NCBI GenBank assembly: GCA_964497945.1 | Contig: CAZCFJ010000001.1 | Location: 1 to 63,153 of the forward strand | DNA from: an uncultured Gammaproteobacteria bacterium | Lineage (GTDB): Bacteria > Patescibacteriota > Microgenomatia > UBA12405 | DNA: 63,153 nucleotides | Direction: 5' to 3' | Part shown: positions 46,888 through 57,129 of the stretch, one piece after another | Position numbering within the stretch: position 1 is the stretch's first letter | How the letters are laid out: each line of letters starts with the position of its first letter | The notes under the pieces: model-generated | Told to the model about the DNA's origin: nothing | The model's input: the letters and a program-made list of their open reading frames with translations, nothing else | Database searches by the model: none | Made by a program: the position numbers and the translations under genes

Positions 46888-48152
46888 GATCAATTTTACT
46901 TCTTGCCATTCTAATCAGAGTTATTTTGGTTTTTATTTCTGCTTGGCATCCGGATTTACCCAATCACATCGACTGGGGAAATCGTTTCCTATCTTACGGG
47001 CCTCGTAATTTTTATGAGAGTTCTGTTTGGAGTGTATCTTGGCCCAATCAACCATTTGGTAGTATTCTTCTTTTCGCCTCTATAGCCCTAATTAAAAATT
47101 GGCTTTTTGCTGGCATAATGTTTATTAATAACCATATTCCGGCTTTTCCCTCATTTATTATCCCTATCTTAGAATTAAAACTTCATGCTTGGTTAGTTAA
47201 ACTACCTTTTATTTTAGCCGATTTAGGTATTGGCTACCTTATTTACAAAACAGTTTTAGAACTTAAAGATTCAAAAATTGCCAGTATCGCCGCTTCATTT
47301 TTTTTATTTAACCCAGTCCTTATTTACAATTCTACAATTTGGGGACAAACTGACTCGCTAATAAATTTACTTGCTCTATTAGGATTTTATTTAGTCTTCA
47401 AAAAAAAATATTTACCAGGTATTATTCTTTTTCTCTCAACATTTTTGTTTAAACTTTCTCTTATTATTTATCTACCTATTTTTGGCCTTTTTCTACTTAA
47501 AAGAATTCAGGATTGGAAAAAATTTATCTTACCTATTTTGTTTTTCATTTTATTTATTTTCTGTTTAGCTATTCCTTTTACTTTTGATGGTAAAAATTCT
47601 TTTCAATGGCTTTGGTACATGTATACCAATCGTGTCTTAGTTAGACAGGGAAGTATGCTCAACGGCAATGCTTTTAATCTTTGGTCTCTTATTTTTAGTA
47701 TCGATATTTCCAAATCGGAATTTGGTCAATTCCTTGGTTTATCTTACCAGCTTATTGGTAGAATTTTATATATTATTTTCCTTATTCCTATTTGGATAAA
47801 ATTTTTTCGTTCGCCAAATAGTCTTATTAATCTACTCTCAGCTCTCACTCTTTCAACATTTGGTAGCTTTATTTTTCTCACTAACATGCACGAAAGATAC
47901 CTTTATCCAATTTTTCCGTTAATTACTATTTTAATTTTTCTTCCAAATTCATTTATTAAAAAAACCGATTTAATTATTTTATCTGTTATTCATTTTCTGA
48001 ATCTCTATAATCTTTGGTTTTATCCATCCATTCCCTTTATCAAAACCGCTCTAATAAGTTTCAACTTCCTTCTTTGTCGTTTTTTTTCATTTATACTAAT
48101 AATAATCTGCCTCAATTATTTGGTCAGATATCTAAAAAGTGAAATTAAATAA
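46863..48152 (+). CDS. Polytopic membrane protein, second GT-C-like family
   Basis: Contains AWHPDLPNHIDWGNRF, IWGQTDSLIN and NMHERYLYPIF. Confidence 0.55.
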   Translation: MAKNNQKIRSILLLAILIRVILVFISAWHPDLPNHIDWGNRFLSYGPRNFYESSVWSVSWPNQPFGSILLFASIALIKNWLFAGIMFINNHIPAFPSFIIPILELKLHAWLVKLPFILADLGIGYLIYKTVLELKDSKIASIAASFFLFNPVLIYNSTIWGQTDSLINLLALLGFYLVFKKKYLPGIILFLSTFLFKLSLIIYLPIFGLFLLKRIQDWKKFILPILFFILFIFCLAIPFTFDGKNSFQWLWYMYTNRVLVRQGSMLNGNAFNLWSLIFSIDISKSEFGQFLGLSYQLIGRILYIIFLIPIWIKFFRSPNSLINLLSALTLSTFGSFIFLTNMHERYLYPIFPLITILIFLPNSFIKKTDLIILSVIHFLNLYNLWFYPSIPFIKTALISFNFLLCRFFSFILIIICLNYLVRYLKSEIK

Positions 48153-49812
48153 ACTAAACGTCAGTTTAATCTTTCTTTTGGTTTTTTCATTAATTATTAG
48201 GTTAGTTAAAATTAACAACCTTAGTTTATTTAGTGATGAAATTGATGTTGGTTATCAAGCATTTTCTTTACTTAACACTTTTCATGATTATAAAGGTAAT
48301 TTTTTACCAATTTATATTCAATCACTCACAGAATCTAGAGCCCCATTATCAATTTATCTGACGATTCCTACCATAAAAATTTTTGGACTTAACACTCTTG
48401 GTGTTAGACTTCCACCAATAATTTTTGGTGTCATAAGTATTTTCTTATTTTATAAACTAATCCTTCTCCTTTCAAAATCTAACGCCCTAGCGTTCTATAG
48501 CTCCGCAGCTCTATCTTTTCTTCCCTGGCATTTTCAATATAGTCGGGCTGGGTTTGAAGTTACACTACTTCTTTCTCTCATTCTTGCTGGTACTCTTTAC
48601 CTCTTTAAATTTCAGCAACAACACAAGAACCGTTATCTTTATTTTGGTATTTTATTTTTTTGTCTTAGTTTTTATACCTACAACACCGCTAATATTTTTG
48701 TTCCTCTAATTATAATTTCCATTTTTTTTCTTAATTTCAAAGAATTTACTTCACTCCTCAAATTTAAAAATATTTTTATTTCCGGATTAATTTTTATAAT
48801 TATCACTCTTCCGCTACTTCAACAAATATTTTTTGGATCGGCCGCCAACCGATTTAGTCTAATTAGTATTTTTCATGACCAGTCTACCATTAATCAAATC
48901 ATTGAAAAAAGAACTTCATTTTCTGCTACTAACCAAAAAATAGAATCACTTTTTCATAATAAACCTATCGCTTGGTTACAAGTCTTTACTCAAAACTATC
49001 TCGCCAGTCTTTCTCCATCATTTCTATTTGTCCATGGTGATCAGTTAAATCTTCGTCATCAAATAACCGGTTTCGGCCTAATTTTTATTTCATTTTCCCC
49101 TTTACTTATTTTTGGACTTTTAGTAAAAAATAAACATTCTTTACTTAACAAATTAATGCTTTGTTGGTTATTTTTATCTCCAATTGCCGCCTCGTTGACT
49201 ATAAATGGTGGCACCCATGCTACTCGGTTATTTCTTATGACTCCAGCCTTAGCATATTTTATTGGTTCTGGAGTCTATTATTTAATTTATTCCCAAACCA
49301 AAATATCTAAACTAATACTAATTACAATTGTTTTAACAACAATTTTTGAAATAACCCAATTTTGTCATGAGTATTTTGTTCACTATCCAAAAAATTCTTT
49401 TGAAGTTTGGAATTACGGTTACCAAAATCTTTTTCAATCAATTCCCCAAAACTCAAATCATATTTACATTAGTAATACCACCTATAATTCACTCCTGCCA
49501 TATGTTTTTTATCAAAAATATTCGCTTAACCAAAAACAAATTCTCGACGATCTCAATCACCCAATCGACAACAATATGTCCGGATTTATTTTAGATTCTC
49601 ATACTACTTTCATTAACAACTGGGGCCAATCAGATGTTCTTCAAAAAATCAATCAAATTTCTCAATTTGGCGATACTTTTCTCCTTTTTCAAATTAAAGA
49701 TATTCCTGGAGATATGGATTTTTCTCAAAAACCACTTACAGGTTTTAAAACTGTCAAAACCATTTACAATCCTAACCATACTATTTTAGGTCAAGTTATT
49801 CAAAAACAATGA
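48139..49812 (+). CDS. PMT/ArnT-like GT-C glycosyltransferase, paralog B
   Basis: Contains FSDEIDVGYQAFS, FLPWHFQYSRAGFEVT and SLSPSFLFVHGD. GTG start with a 14-nt overlap. Confidence 0.7.
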   Translation: MKLNKLNVSLIFLLVFSLIIRLVKINNLSLFSDEIDVGYQAFSLLNTFHDYKGNFLPIYIQSLTESRAPLSIYLTIPTIKIFGLNTLGVRLPPIIFGVISIFLFYKLILLLSKSNALAFYSSAALSFLPWHFQYSRAGFEVTLLLSLILAGTLYLFKFQQQHKNRYLYFGILFFCLSFYTYNTANIFVPLIIISIFFLNFKEFTSLLKFKNIFISGLIFIIITLPLLQQIFFGSAANRFSLISIFHDQSTINQIIEKRTSFSATNQKIESLFHNKPIAWLQVFTQNYLASLSPSFLFVHGDQLNLRHQITGFGLIFISFSPLLIFGLLVKNKHSLLNKLMLCWLFLSPIAASLTINGGTHATRLFLMTPALAYFIGSGVYYLIYSQTKISKLILITIVLTTIFEITQFCHEYFVHYPKNSFEVWNYGYQNLFQSIPQNSNHIYISNTTYNSLLPYVFYQKYSLNQKQILDDLNHPIDNNMSGFILDSHTTFINNWGQSDVLQKINQISQFGDTFLLFQIKDIPGDMDFSQKPLTGFKTVKTIYNPNHTILGQVIQKQ

Positions 49813-51458
49813 AAAATAAAATTATACTAATCGTAATCATTATTTTAGGTGCTTTTTTAAGGTTAATTAATCTAGGTAATCTTCCTAATGCCTTCTCTCC
49901 TGATGAATTAGCCCAAGGCTACACCGCTTTTTCTATTATCCAAACTGGCAAAGATGAATGGGGAAATACTAATTTATTTAATCTTCAATCATTTGGTGAC
50001 TATAAACCACCAATTCAGACCCTACTTATAATCCCTTCAATTAAACTTTTTGGTCTTACTCCATTTGCTGTTAGATTACCTAATGCAATTTTTGCCATAT
50101 TTACCATTCTTTTAACTTATCTTATCGCCGAAAATTTATTTAAAAACCCCAAAATTTCCCTTTTAAGTGCTCTTTTTATTAGTCTATCACCTTGGAGTTT
50201 ACCAATGTCTCGAATTGCTTTAGAAGCAAATTTAGTTGTCTTTATAATTTCACTCGCCACCTATATTTTTTTAAAGGCCAATCAAAAAAATAATCTTTTT
50301 CTATTAATATTCTCCGTATTAATTTTTAGTATTAGTCTTTTTACTTATCATTCGGCTAAAATTTTTACACCATTATTTTTAATCTTTTTGATTATTCATC
50401 AAAAAACTTATTCTAAACCAAAATTAATTTTTACTTCTATTATTCTTTTTTTCATCTTCTTTAGTCTTAATTTTTATCTTAATAATCAAATAAAATCAAA
50501 TAGAACAGGGGATATTGCTATTTTTAACCCTACTGATCATTGGTCGTATGTTTCCAATAGCCAATATGAAATTACCCAAAATGGTTTACCGTATTCTATT
50601 ACTAAAATATTTTATAACAAAATCGTCTATCTTTACGAAATATTTAGTCAAAATTATTTATCATATTTTTCCCCTCAATTTTTAATTACCCAAGGTGCCG
50701 GCGAAACTACCTACGGTATGATTCCGGGGTATGGAGTTCTCGGTATAATTCCTGGACTTGGTTTTGTTCTTTCATTGATTTTTTTAATTCAAAAAAGACC
50801 TTTAGAACAAAAAAAGAACCTTTTCTTTCTCCTTTTTACTCTTATGGTTCCACCACTAATTGCCGCCATTGCCAAAGGTCAATATTCAGCCAACAGAGTT
50901 TCTTTAATGATGCCTTTTATTCAAATTTTTGCCGCTTTTGGCCTCATTACTTTTATTTCAGAAATTAAACAATACCAAAAAATAGTTTACGTTTTTATTT
51001 TTTCAGTTTTTAGTTTTACTACCCTCATTTTTCTCCAAAGATATTTTTTTCAAGGAAACCAAATTTTAGCTGAAGGCATGCTTTATGGTCATCAACAAGC
51101 CAATGAATATCTTCAAAAAATTTCCTCCGATCATATTATTTACTCTCGAAAACTTTCTGAACCACAAGCTTATGTCAGCTTTTTCAATCAAGTTAACCCA
51201 AAAATCATCCAGTCAGAATCAACTAACTGGTCTCAATATCAACAAAGAGGGTTATCTTTTCTTGATCAACTCAGTGAATACAAATTAGGCAAATTTATTT
51301 TTAAAGAAATTAATATACCCTCAGATTCACAATTGCCCAACACTTTAATTATTGGTCGCCCCGAAGAGTTTCGCGATATAAAGCCTGACTATATCATTAA
51401 TTATCCTTCTAAATCAGAATTAAAACCGGCTATTTATATTTACCATACCAAAATATGA
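49809..51458 (+). CDS. PMT/ArnT-like GT-C glycosyltransferase, paralog C
   Basis: Contains SPDELAQGYTAFSIIQTGKDEWG, QSFGDYKPP and LSPWSLPMSRIALEAN. ATGA overlap. Confidence 0.75.
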   Translation: MKNKIILIVIIILGAFLRLINLGNLPNAFSPDELAQGYTAFSIIQTGKDEWGNTNLFNLQSFGDYKPPIQTLLIIPSIKLFGLTPFAVRLPNAIFAIFTILLTYLIAENLFKNPKISLLSALFISLSPWSLPMSRIALEANLVVFIISLATYIFLKANQKNNLFLLIFSVLIFSISLFTYHSAKIFTPLFLIFLIIHQKTYSKPKLIFTSIILFFIFFSLNFYLNNQIKSNRTGDIAIFNPTDHWSYVSNSQYEITQNGLPYSITKIFYNKIVYLYEIFSQNYLSYFSPQFLITQGAGETTYGMIPGYGVLGIIPGLGFVLSLIFLIQKRPLEQKKNLFFLLFTLMVPPLIAAIAKGQYSANRVSLMMPFIQIFAAFGLITFISEIKQYQKIVYVFIFSVFSFTTLIFLQRYFFQGNQILAEGMLYGHQQANEYLQKISSDHIIYSRKLSEPQAYVSFFNQVNPKIIQSESTNWSQYQQRGLSFLDQLSEYKLGKFIFKEINIPSDSQLPNTLIIGRPEEFRDIKPDYIINYPSKSELKPAIYIYHTKI

Positions 51459-53038
51459 AATCGACTAAAACATTAATTACTTTAGTTCTGGTTCTCGGCT
51501 TTATTTCTCGAATTATTTTTATTGGTCAATTTCCCCCTAGTCTCAATTGGGATGAAGTTTCCCATGGTTACAATGCATATTCCATCCTAAAAACTGGGCA
51601 TGATGAATGGGGAATGTTTTTACCAACTATTTTTCGATGTTATGGTGATTTTAAACTTCCGGTTTATATTTACTCCACTATTTTACCAATTTTATTTTTT
51701 GGACTAAACTCACTTTCCGTTAGATTCATTTCCATTTTATCTGGCAGTTTAACCCCTTTGATTATTTTTTTAATTCTAAAAAAACTTACTCCCCATCAAA
51801 AAATTCTCCCTTTTATAGGACTTTTAATTACTGCTTTTTCACCTGGAACTATTTTTATTTCTCGAATTGCTCTCGAAGCCAACCTCTTTATGTTTTTATT
51901 TTGTCTTAGTTTTTACTTTTTAATTTCTCACAAATTCGGTTGGAGTAGTTTTATATTTAGTCTTTGTCTCTTTACTTACAACAGTAGTCGAGTTCTCTTA
52001 CCTTTTTATTTGCTTAGCCTTATTTTTCTTGTTTTTAAAACCAAATTTAATTTAAAAAAACATTTTCTCGTCTTTATTCCATTTATTTTGTTTAGCGGTT
52101 TAACCCTTTTTCAGACTCTAAATCAATCTGGCCAAGCTCGATATCAATGGGTTTCAATCCTTGACTCTGGTTCTATCAACCGTATCAATGAGCTTCGTCA
52201 AATTTATCCCAGGTTGTTAGTTAATAAAGTTACATATTTTTCCTTTAATGCGGCAAAAAACTACCTTAGCCATTTCAATCCAGAATTTCTTTTTTTCTCT
52301 GGTGGATCTAATTATCAATTTAGCCTTCCTAATTTTTATTTAATTTCACCTTTGTTGATTCCTTTTTTAATTTTAGGATTAATTTATTTGTTTAAGAACA
52401 AAAAACAACCATATTTATTACTTCTTCTTTTTTGGTTCTTAGCTTCACCAATTCCATCGGCTATTACTCGCGACGCTCCTCATGTTCTTCGTAGCATCAT
52501 TTTTATTCCAATTACTATTCTAATAATTAGCCTTGGGTTTAATTTTGCCCTTACTAAGTTCAAGTCTTTACCCATCTTTTACACTCTAATCAGCCTTATT
52601 GTTGGCCAATTTTTCTTTTGGCCCAAGTATATTGAATATTCTCAAAATTATTCCTCCTCATGGCAATATGGCTATCAACAAGCAATTGATTATATTAAGA
52701 ATCACTATCAAGGCTATGACCAGATAATCATTACCAAAAAATATGGTGAAGCCCACGAATTTTTACTTTTCTATTGGCCGTGGAATCCTCAAAATTATCA
52801 AACTGATAGTTCTAAAAACTGGGACTATCATGCCACTTGGTATTGGGTTAACGCTTTTGACAAATTTAAGTTTATTAATGATTGGGAAATCAAAGACTAT
52901 ACTCAAAATATCAAGCAGGATCAGAAAACCCTTTTAATTACTTCACCAAACAATTACAATCAAAGTAATACTAAACACTTAGAAACCATTAATTTTCTCA
53001 ATAACACACCTGTCTTTGAAATTTTGGAAATAAAATGA
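51455..53038 (+). CDS. PMT/ArnT-like GT-C glycosyltransferase, paralog D
   Basis: Contains NWDEVSHGYNAYSILKTGHDEWG, YGDFKLPVYIY and FISRIALEAN. ATGA overlap. Confidence 0.75.
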   Translation: MKSTKTLITLVLVLGFISRIIFIGQFPPSLNWDEVSHGYNAYSILKTGHDEWGMFLPTIFRCYGDFKLPVYIYSTILPILFFGLNSLSVRFISILSGSLTPLIIFLILKKLTPHQKILPFIGLLITAFSPGTIFISRIALEANLFMFLFCLSFYFLISHKFGWSSFIFSLCLFTYNSSRVLLPFYLLSLIFLVFKTKFNLKKHFLVFIPFILFSGLTLFQTLNQSGQARYQWVSILDSGSINRINELRQIYPRLLVNKVTYFSFNAAKNYLSHFNPEFLFFSGGSNYQFSLPNFYLISPLLIPFLILGLIYLFKNKKQPYLLLLLFWFLASPIPSAITRDAPHVLRSIIFIPITILIISLGFNFALTKFKSLPIFYTLISLIVGQFFFWPKYIEYSQNYSSSWQYGYQQAIDYIKNHYQGYDQIIITKKYGEAHEFLLFYWPWNPQNYQTDSSKNWDYHATWYWVNAFDKFKFINDWEIKDYTQNIKQDQKTLLITSPNNYNQSNTKHLETINFLNNTPVFEILEIK

Positions 53039-54690
53039 AATCAAATACCAATACCAAAATAATTCTTATTCTCATAGTTTTAATTGGCTTCTTTATCAGA
53101 ATTATTTTCTCTCAAAAAATTCCCTTACTTTGGGATGAAGCTGCCTTAGGTTACAACGCTTATTCCATTCTTCAAACAGGACGTGATGAATATGGTCAAT
53201 TTTTGCCAATTATTTTTAAATCATTTGGTGATTACAAACCCGGACTTTACATCTATCTTTGTTTACCCTTTATTAAGCTTCTTGGACTTAATGAAATTGC
53301 AGTTCGGCTACCTTCAATTATTTTAGGTTCATTATTACCCCTTTTTATCTATTTATTAATCAAAGAAATCAATCCTAAATCACATCATGTCGCTTTTTTA
53401 ACTGCTCTTATTACGGCTTTTAATCCTTACAATGTTCACTTTAGTCGTGGTTCCTGGGAAACCAATATTCTTACTTGTGAATTAGTTTTAGCCTGTTTCT
53501 TTTTTTATCGTTATCTCAATTCTCAAAAAACAAAATCATTAGTATTTTCTGCTACCATTTTTGGTCTATCACTTTTTACCTATCAAGCGGGAAAAATGAT
53601 CAGCCTTTTTATGGTTTTAATCCTTTTCATTTTAAATTTTCAAAAAATAAATACCGGTCTGCCCGGTAGGCAAATTAAAAAAATTATTACTGGATTTATT
53701 ATTCCCTTGGGAATATTCTCTTTACCCGTTGTCTATGGTTTGCTATTTAATAGCAACGCTAATCGACTTAAAGTTGTTAGCCTTTTTTCTTATCCTCGAT
53801 CTTCGTCTGAAACCCAAACAATTATTAATGAAACCAATAATTTGGATTATCAACTTTTCTACGGTCAGCCAATGTTTTTTTTGCGCAATTTTCTCTCCCG
53901 TTATTTCAACCACTTTTCTACAAAATTCCTAGCCTTTGAAGGTGACTGGCAAAACCCCCGCCATTCAGCCCCATATCTCGGTGTTCTTCTTTATCCCAGT
54001 TTAATCTTTTTATTTATTGGACTGTTTTCCGGTTATACTCGAGAAAAAATTGAAAAACTCAATATTTTCTTCCTTCTTTGGTTATTAGTTGCTCCCATTC
54101 CTTCAGCCCTAACCCGTGATTCTGTTCAATCCGTCAGAGCTATGTCATTATCTATTCCCTTAGTTTATTTCATTGGTTTAGGAATTTATACTTTCTTCGA
54201 AAAATTCAAATCAAATATCCTTAAAATGATAATTATCGGGGTTTATATAATCTCTTTTGCTTACTATAGCGACCTTTATCTTAATCATATGGTTATCAAA
54301 TCACCCTATGATTTTCTTTATGGTTACAAACAAGCCATGGAATTTATAAATAAAAATCAAGCTAATTATCAGCACATTACTTTTACTGATTTTTACGGTC
54401 AACCATACATCTATTATCTTTTTTACTCCCAATATCCTCCTCAAATCTATCAACAACAAGCCAAACTTACCGATGATTCTCTGGATACCGGTAAAATCCC
54501 TTCGGTCGATAAAATTAATTTTGGCACTCCTAATTTTGATACTATCAAACAAACTCCCCATTCTTTAGGTATTTTTTCTCAAGAAGAAATTTATCGGCAG
54601 GGGATTGATAAAAATCCAGAATTCTCCAAATTTAAACCATTAAGTCCAATTGGTAATATTTCTACTTTTTACGCTTGTGAAAATCCTTAA
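53035..54690 (+). CDS. PMT/ArnT-like GT-C glycosyltransferase, paralog E
   Basis: Contains LWDEAALGYNAYSILQTGRDEYG, KSFGDYKPGLYIY and DFYGQPYIYYLFYSQYPPQ. ATGA overlap. Confidence 0.75.
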   Translation: MKSNTNTKIILILIVLIGFFIRIIFSQKIPLLWDEAALGYNAYSILQTGRDEYGQFLPIIFKSFGDYKPGLYIYLCLPFIKLLGLNEIAVRLPSIILGSLLPLFIYLLIKEINPKSHHVAFLTALITAFNPYNVHFSRGSWETNILTCELVLACFFFYRYLNSQKTKSLVFSATIFGLSLFTYQAGKMISLFMVLILFILNFQKINTGLPGRQIKKIITGFIIPLGIFSLPVVYGLLFNSNANRLKVVSLFSYPRSSSETQTIINETNNLDYQLFYGQPMFFLRNFLSRYFNHFSTKFLAFEGDWQNPRHSAPYLGVLLYPSLIFLFIGLFSGYTREKIEKLNIFFLLWLLVAPIPSALTRDSVQSVRAMSLSIPLVYFIGLGIYTFFEKFKSNILKMIIIGVYIISFAYYSDLYLNHMVIKSPYDFLYGYKQAMEFINKNQANYQHITFTDFYGQPYIYYLFYSQYPPQIYQQQAKLTDDSLDTGKIPSVDKINFGTPNFDTIKQTPHSLGIFSQEEIYRQGIDKNPEFSKFKPLSPIGNISTFYACENP

Positions 54691-56299
54691 ACAAATAATT
54701 CTTCCATTAATTTTAGTTATTGCTTTTTTAATTAGATTCATCGACCTTAATAATACTCCGGCATTAAATCCTGACGAAGCCGCTTTAGGTTACAATGCCT
54801 ATTCTCTCATTCTCACTGGAAAAGACGAACATGGCGTTTCTTGGCCACTTCACTTTAAATCTTTTGGCGACTACAAACCAGGCGGTTATGTCTATTTAGC
54901 CATTCCATTTATCAAAATTTTTGGTTTAACCCCAATTGCTACTAGACTTCCTAATCTAGTCTTATCTATTTTAACTATTTTATTTTTATATAAACTTGTT
55001 TTACTACTTACTAAAAACTATTTACTATCAAACTTGACCGCTTTTGTTTTGACTGTCAGTCCTTGGCACATTCATTTTAGTCGAGGTGCTTGGGAATCAT
55101 CAGCCGCATTAGCTTTTATTGTCATCGGAACTTACTTTTTCTTTAAATCAATCAAAGAAAAATTTTTGCTCAACTTTCTACTTTTTACTTTTAACTTTGT
55201 ACTTTCTTTGTACATCTATCATTCTGCCAGACTTGTTGCTCCACTTTTAGCTCTTAGTCTTTGTTGCCTTTATTTTAAATTTTTAATCAAAAAATTACCT
55301 CAAATAATTATTCCTATTATTTTTGCCGGAATTCTTGCCGCTCCAGTTTTATTTTCCTTTTTAAACAATGGTGGTACCGCTCGCATCGGTGGTGTTGGTT
55401 TAGGTGCCGATACTGGTCCAGCCAATAGATCAGAAGAATTACTTAACCAACATCAGGGTGTCAAATTAATCAATCGAGTTACTCATAACAAAAGAGTCCT
55501 TTATCTTATTTCTTGGGCCGAAAAATATTCTTCTCACTTCGATTTTAATTTCCTCGGTATTAATGGTGACGAAGTTCCCCGGTCAAAAGTTCCCGAAATG
55601 GGTCAAATTTATTTAATCGAAATACCTTTACTTCTCTTAGGTATTATTTTTATCCTCAAAACTAAAGAATTTAGTTCCAAATCTAAAATATTTATTTTTG
55701 CTTTTCTCTTCATTTCTCCCGTTGCCTCATCTTTAACCTTTCAAGCCCCATCGGCTCTTCGAGCCCTACCTATGGTTATTCCTATTACCATTTTCATTTC
55801 TTCTGGTATTTATTATTTTTTTGTTTTATTAAAAAATCTTGAATCTAAAATCTTAAATCCAATAAAAATAGTTTTTATTGTTATTTATGGTTATTTCATT
55901 GCCTATTATTTTGATTCGTATTTTCTCCACTACGCCAAACGTTATCCTTTTGCCTGGCAATACCAATTTAACCAGTTAGTTCCATATTTAGAAACTCAAA
56001 AAAATAATTATCAAAACATCTATATTACCGATAAATATGATCAACCTTACATTCTTTTCCTTTTCTTTTCTCAATACCCACCCCAAAATATTCAACCACA
56101 AATTAAATTAACCCAACCCGATAAATATGGTTTCTCTACGGTTTTGAGTTATGATAATTACCATTTTGGTAAAATTAATTGGGATCAAATTCCAAATGAT
56201 TCTCTGGTTGTTGCCTCAGATGAAAATGTACCACAACAACCTTACAAAATTATTTACTTTTCAAACAGTCAGCCAGCATTTAAAATTTATCAAAAATAA
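54677..56299 (+). CDS. PMT/ArnT-like GT-C glycosyltransferase, paralog F
   Basis: Contains NPDEAALGYNAYSLILTGKDEHG, KSFGDYKPGGYVY and DKYDQPYILFLFFSQYPPQ. GTG 54677 is preferred, giving MKILK... like the other paralogs. Confidence 0.7.
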   Translation: MKILKQIILPLILVIAFLIRFIDLNNTPALNPDEAALGYNAYSLILTGKDEHGVSWPLHFKSFGDYKPGGYVYLAIPFIKIFGLTPIATRLPNLVLSILTILFLYKLVLLLTKNYLLSNLTAFVLTVSPWHIHFSRGAWESSAALAFIVIGTYFFFKSIKEKFLLNFLLFTFNFVLSLYIYHSARLVAPLLALSLCCLYFKFLIKKLPQIIIPIIFAGILAAPVLFSFLNNGGTARIGGVGLGADTGPANRSEELLNQHQGVKLINRVTHNKRVLYLISWAEKYSSHFDFNFLGINGDEVPRSKVPEMGQIYLIEIPLLLLGIIFILKTKEFSSKSKIFIFAFLFISPVASSLTFQAPSALRALPMVIPITIFISSGIYYFFVLLKNLESKILNPIKIVFIVIYGYFIAYYFDSYFLHYAKRYPFAWQYQFNQLVPYLETQKNNYQNIYITDKYDQPYILFLFFSQYPPQNIQPQIKLTQPDKYGFSTVLSYDNYHFGKINWDQIPNDSLVVASDENVPQQPYKIIYFSNSQPAFKIYQK

Positions 56300-57129
56300 T
56301 GTTGAATAAAATGAAATCCGCACTTTCAGTCACTTTAGCTACTTATAACGAATCAAAAAATATTACCCGATGCTTAGATGCCATCAAAGATATTGCCGAT
56401 GAAATCATTGTTGTCGACGGCCAATCACAGGATAACACTGTGGAACTTATCAAAAAATTTAAACAAGCCAAAGTTATTTCTACCACCAATAAACCCATGT
56501 TTCATATTAATAAACAAATGGGTATTGATGCATGCCAAAGTAGTTGGATTCTCCAGCTCGATGCCGACGAAATCGTTACTCCAGAACTTAAAAAAGAGAT
56601 ATCTTCGATAATAAAAGTTAATCCATCAGAAATTAAAGAAAACGGTTTTTGGATTCCCCGGAAAAATTATTTTCTAGGAACTTTTCTCAAAAAAGGCGGT
56701 CAATATCCTGATCCTACAATCAGATTTTATAAAAATGGCAAAGCTCACTTACCTTGTAAAGATGTTCATGAACAAGCCGTTGTCGATGGTCAAGTTGGCT
56801 GGCTCAAAAACGACTTAGAACATTACGCTGACACTTCATTTTCTCTCTATTTACTTCGAGCCAATCGTTATACTACGCTTTTAGCAAATGAATTAAAAGA
56901 AAAAAATACCAAAATAAACTTTCTAAACTTTATAAAATTTTACTTTTTTAAACCAACTTGGTGGTTTTTAAAAACATTTTTCCGCCATCGTGGTTATGTC
57001 GATGGTTTTCCAGGATTTGTTTTTTCATTTTTTTCCGGACTTCGATTCGCTATTGCTTACACCAAATACTATGAATTAGTAAAAACTAAACGCGATATAA
57101 ATTTATCCCAAGACTGGGACAAAAAATGA
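56299..57129 (+). CDS. GT2 glycosyltransferase (same group as 35054 and 36920)
   Basis: Contains LSVTLATYNESKNI, VVDGQSQDNT and QLDADE, plus the C-terminal GYVDGFPGFVF..YTKYYE. Confidence 0.8.
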   Translation: MLNKMKSALSVTLATYNESKNITRCLDAIKDIADEIIVVDGQSQDNTVELIKKFKQAKVISTTNKPMFHINKQMGIDACQSSWILQLDADEIVTPELKKEISSIIKVNPSEIKENGFWIPRKNYFLGTFLKKGGQYPDPTIRFYKNGKAHLPCKDVHEQAVVDGQVGWLKNDLEHYADTSFSLYLLRANRYTTLLANELKEKNTKINFLNFIKFYFFKPTWWFLKTFFRHRGYVDGFPGFVFSFFSGLRFAIAYTKYYELVKTKRDINLSQDWDKK

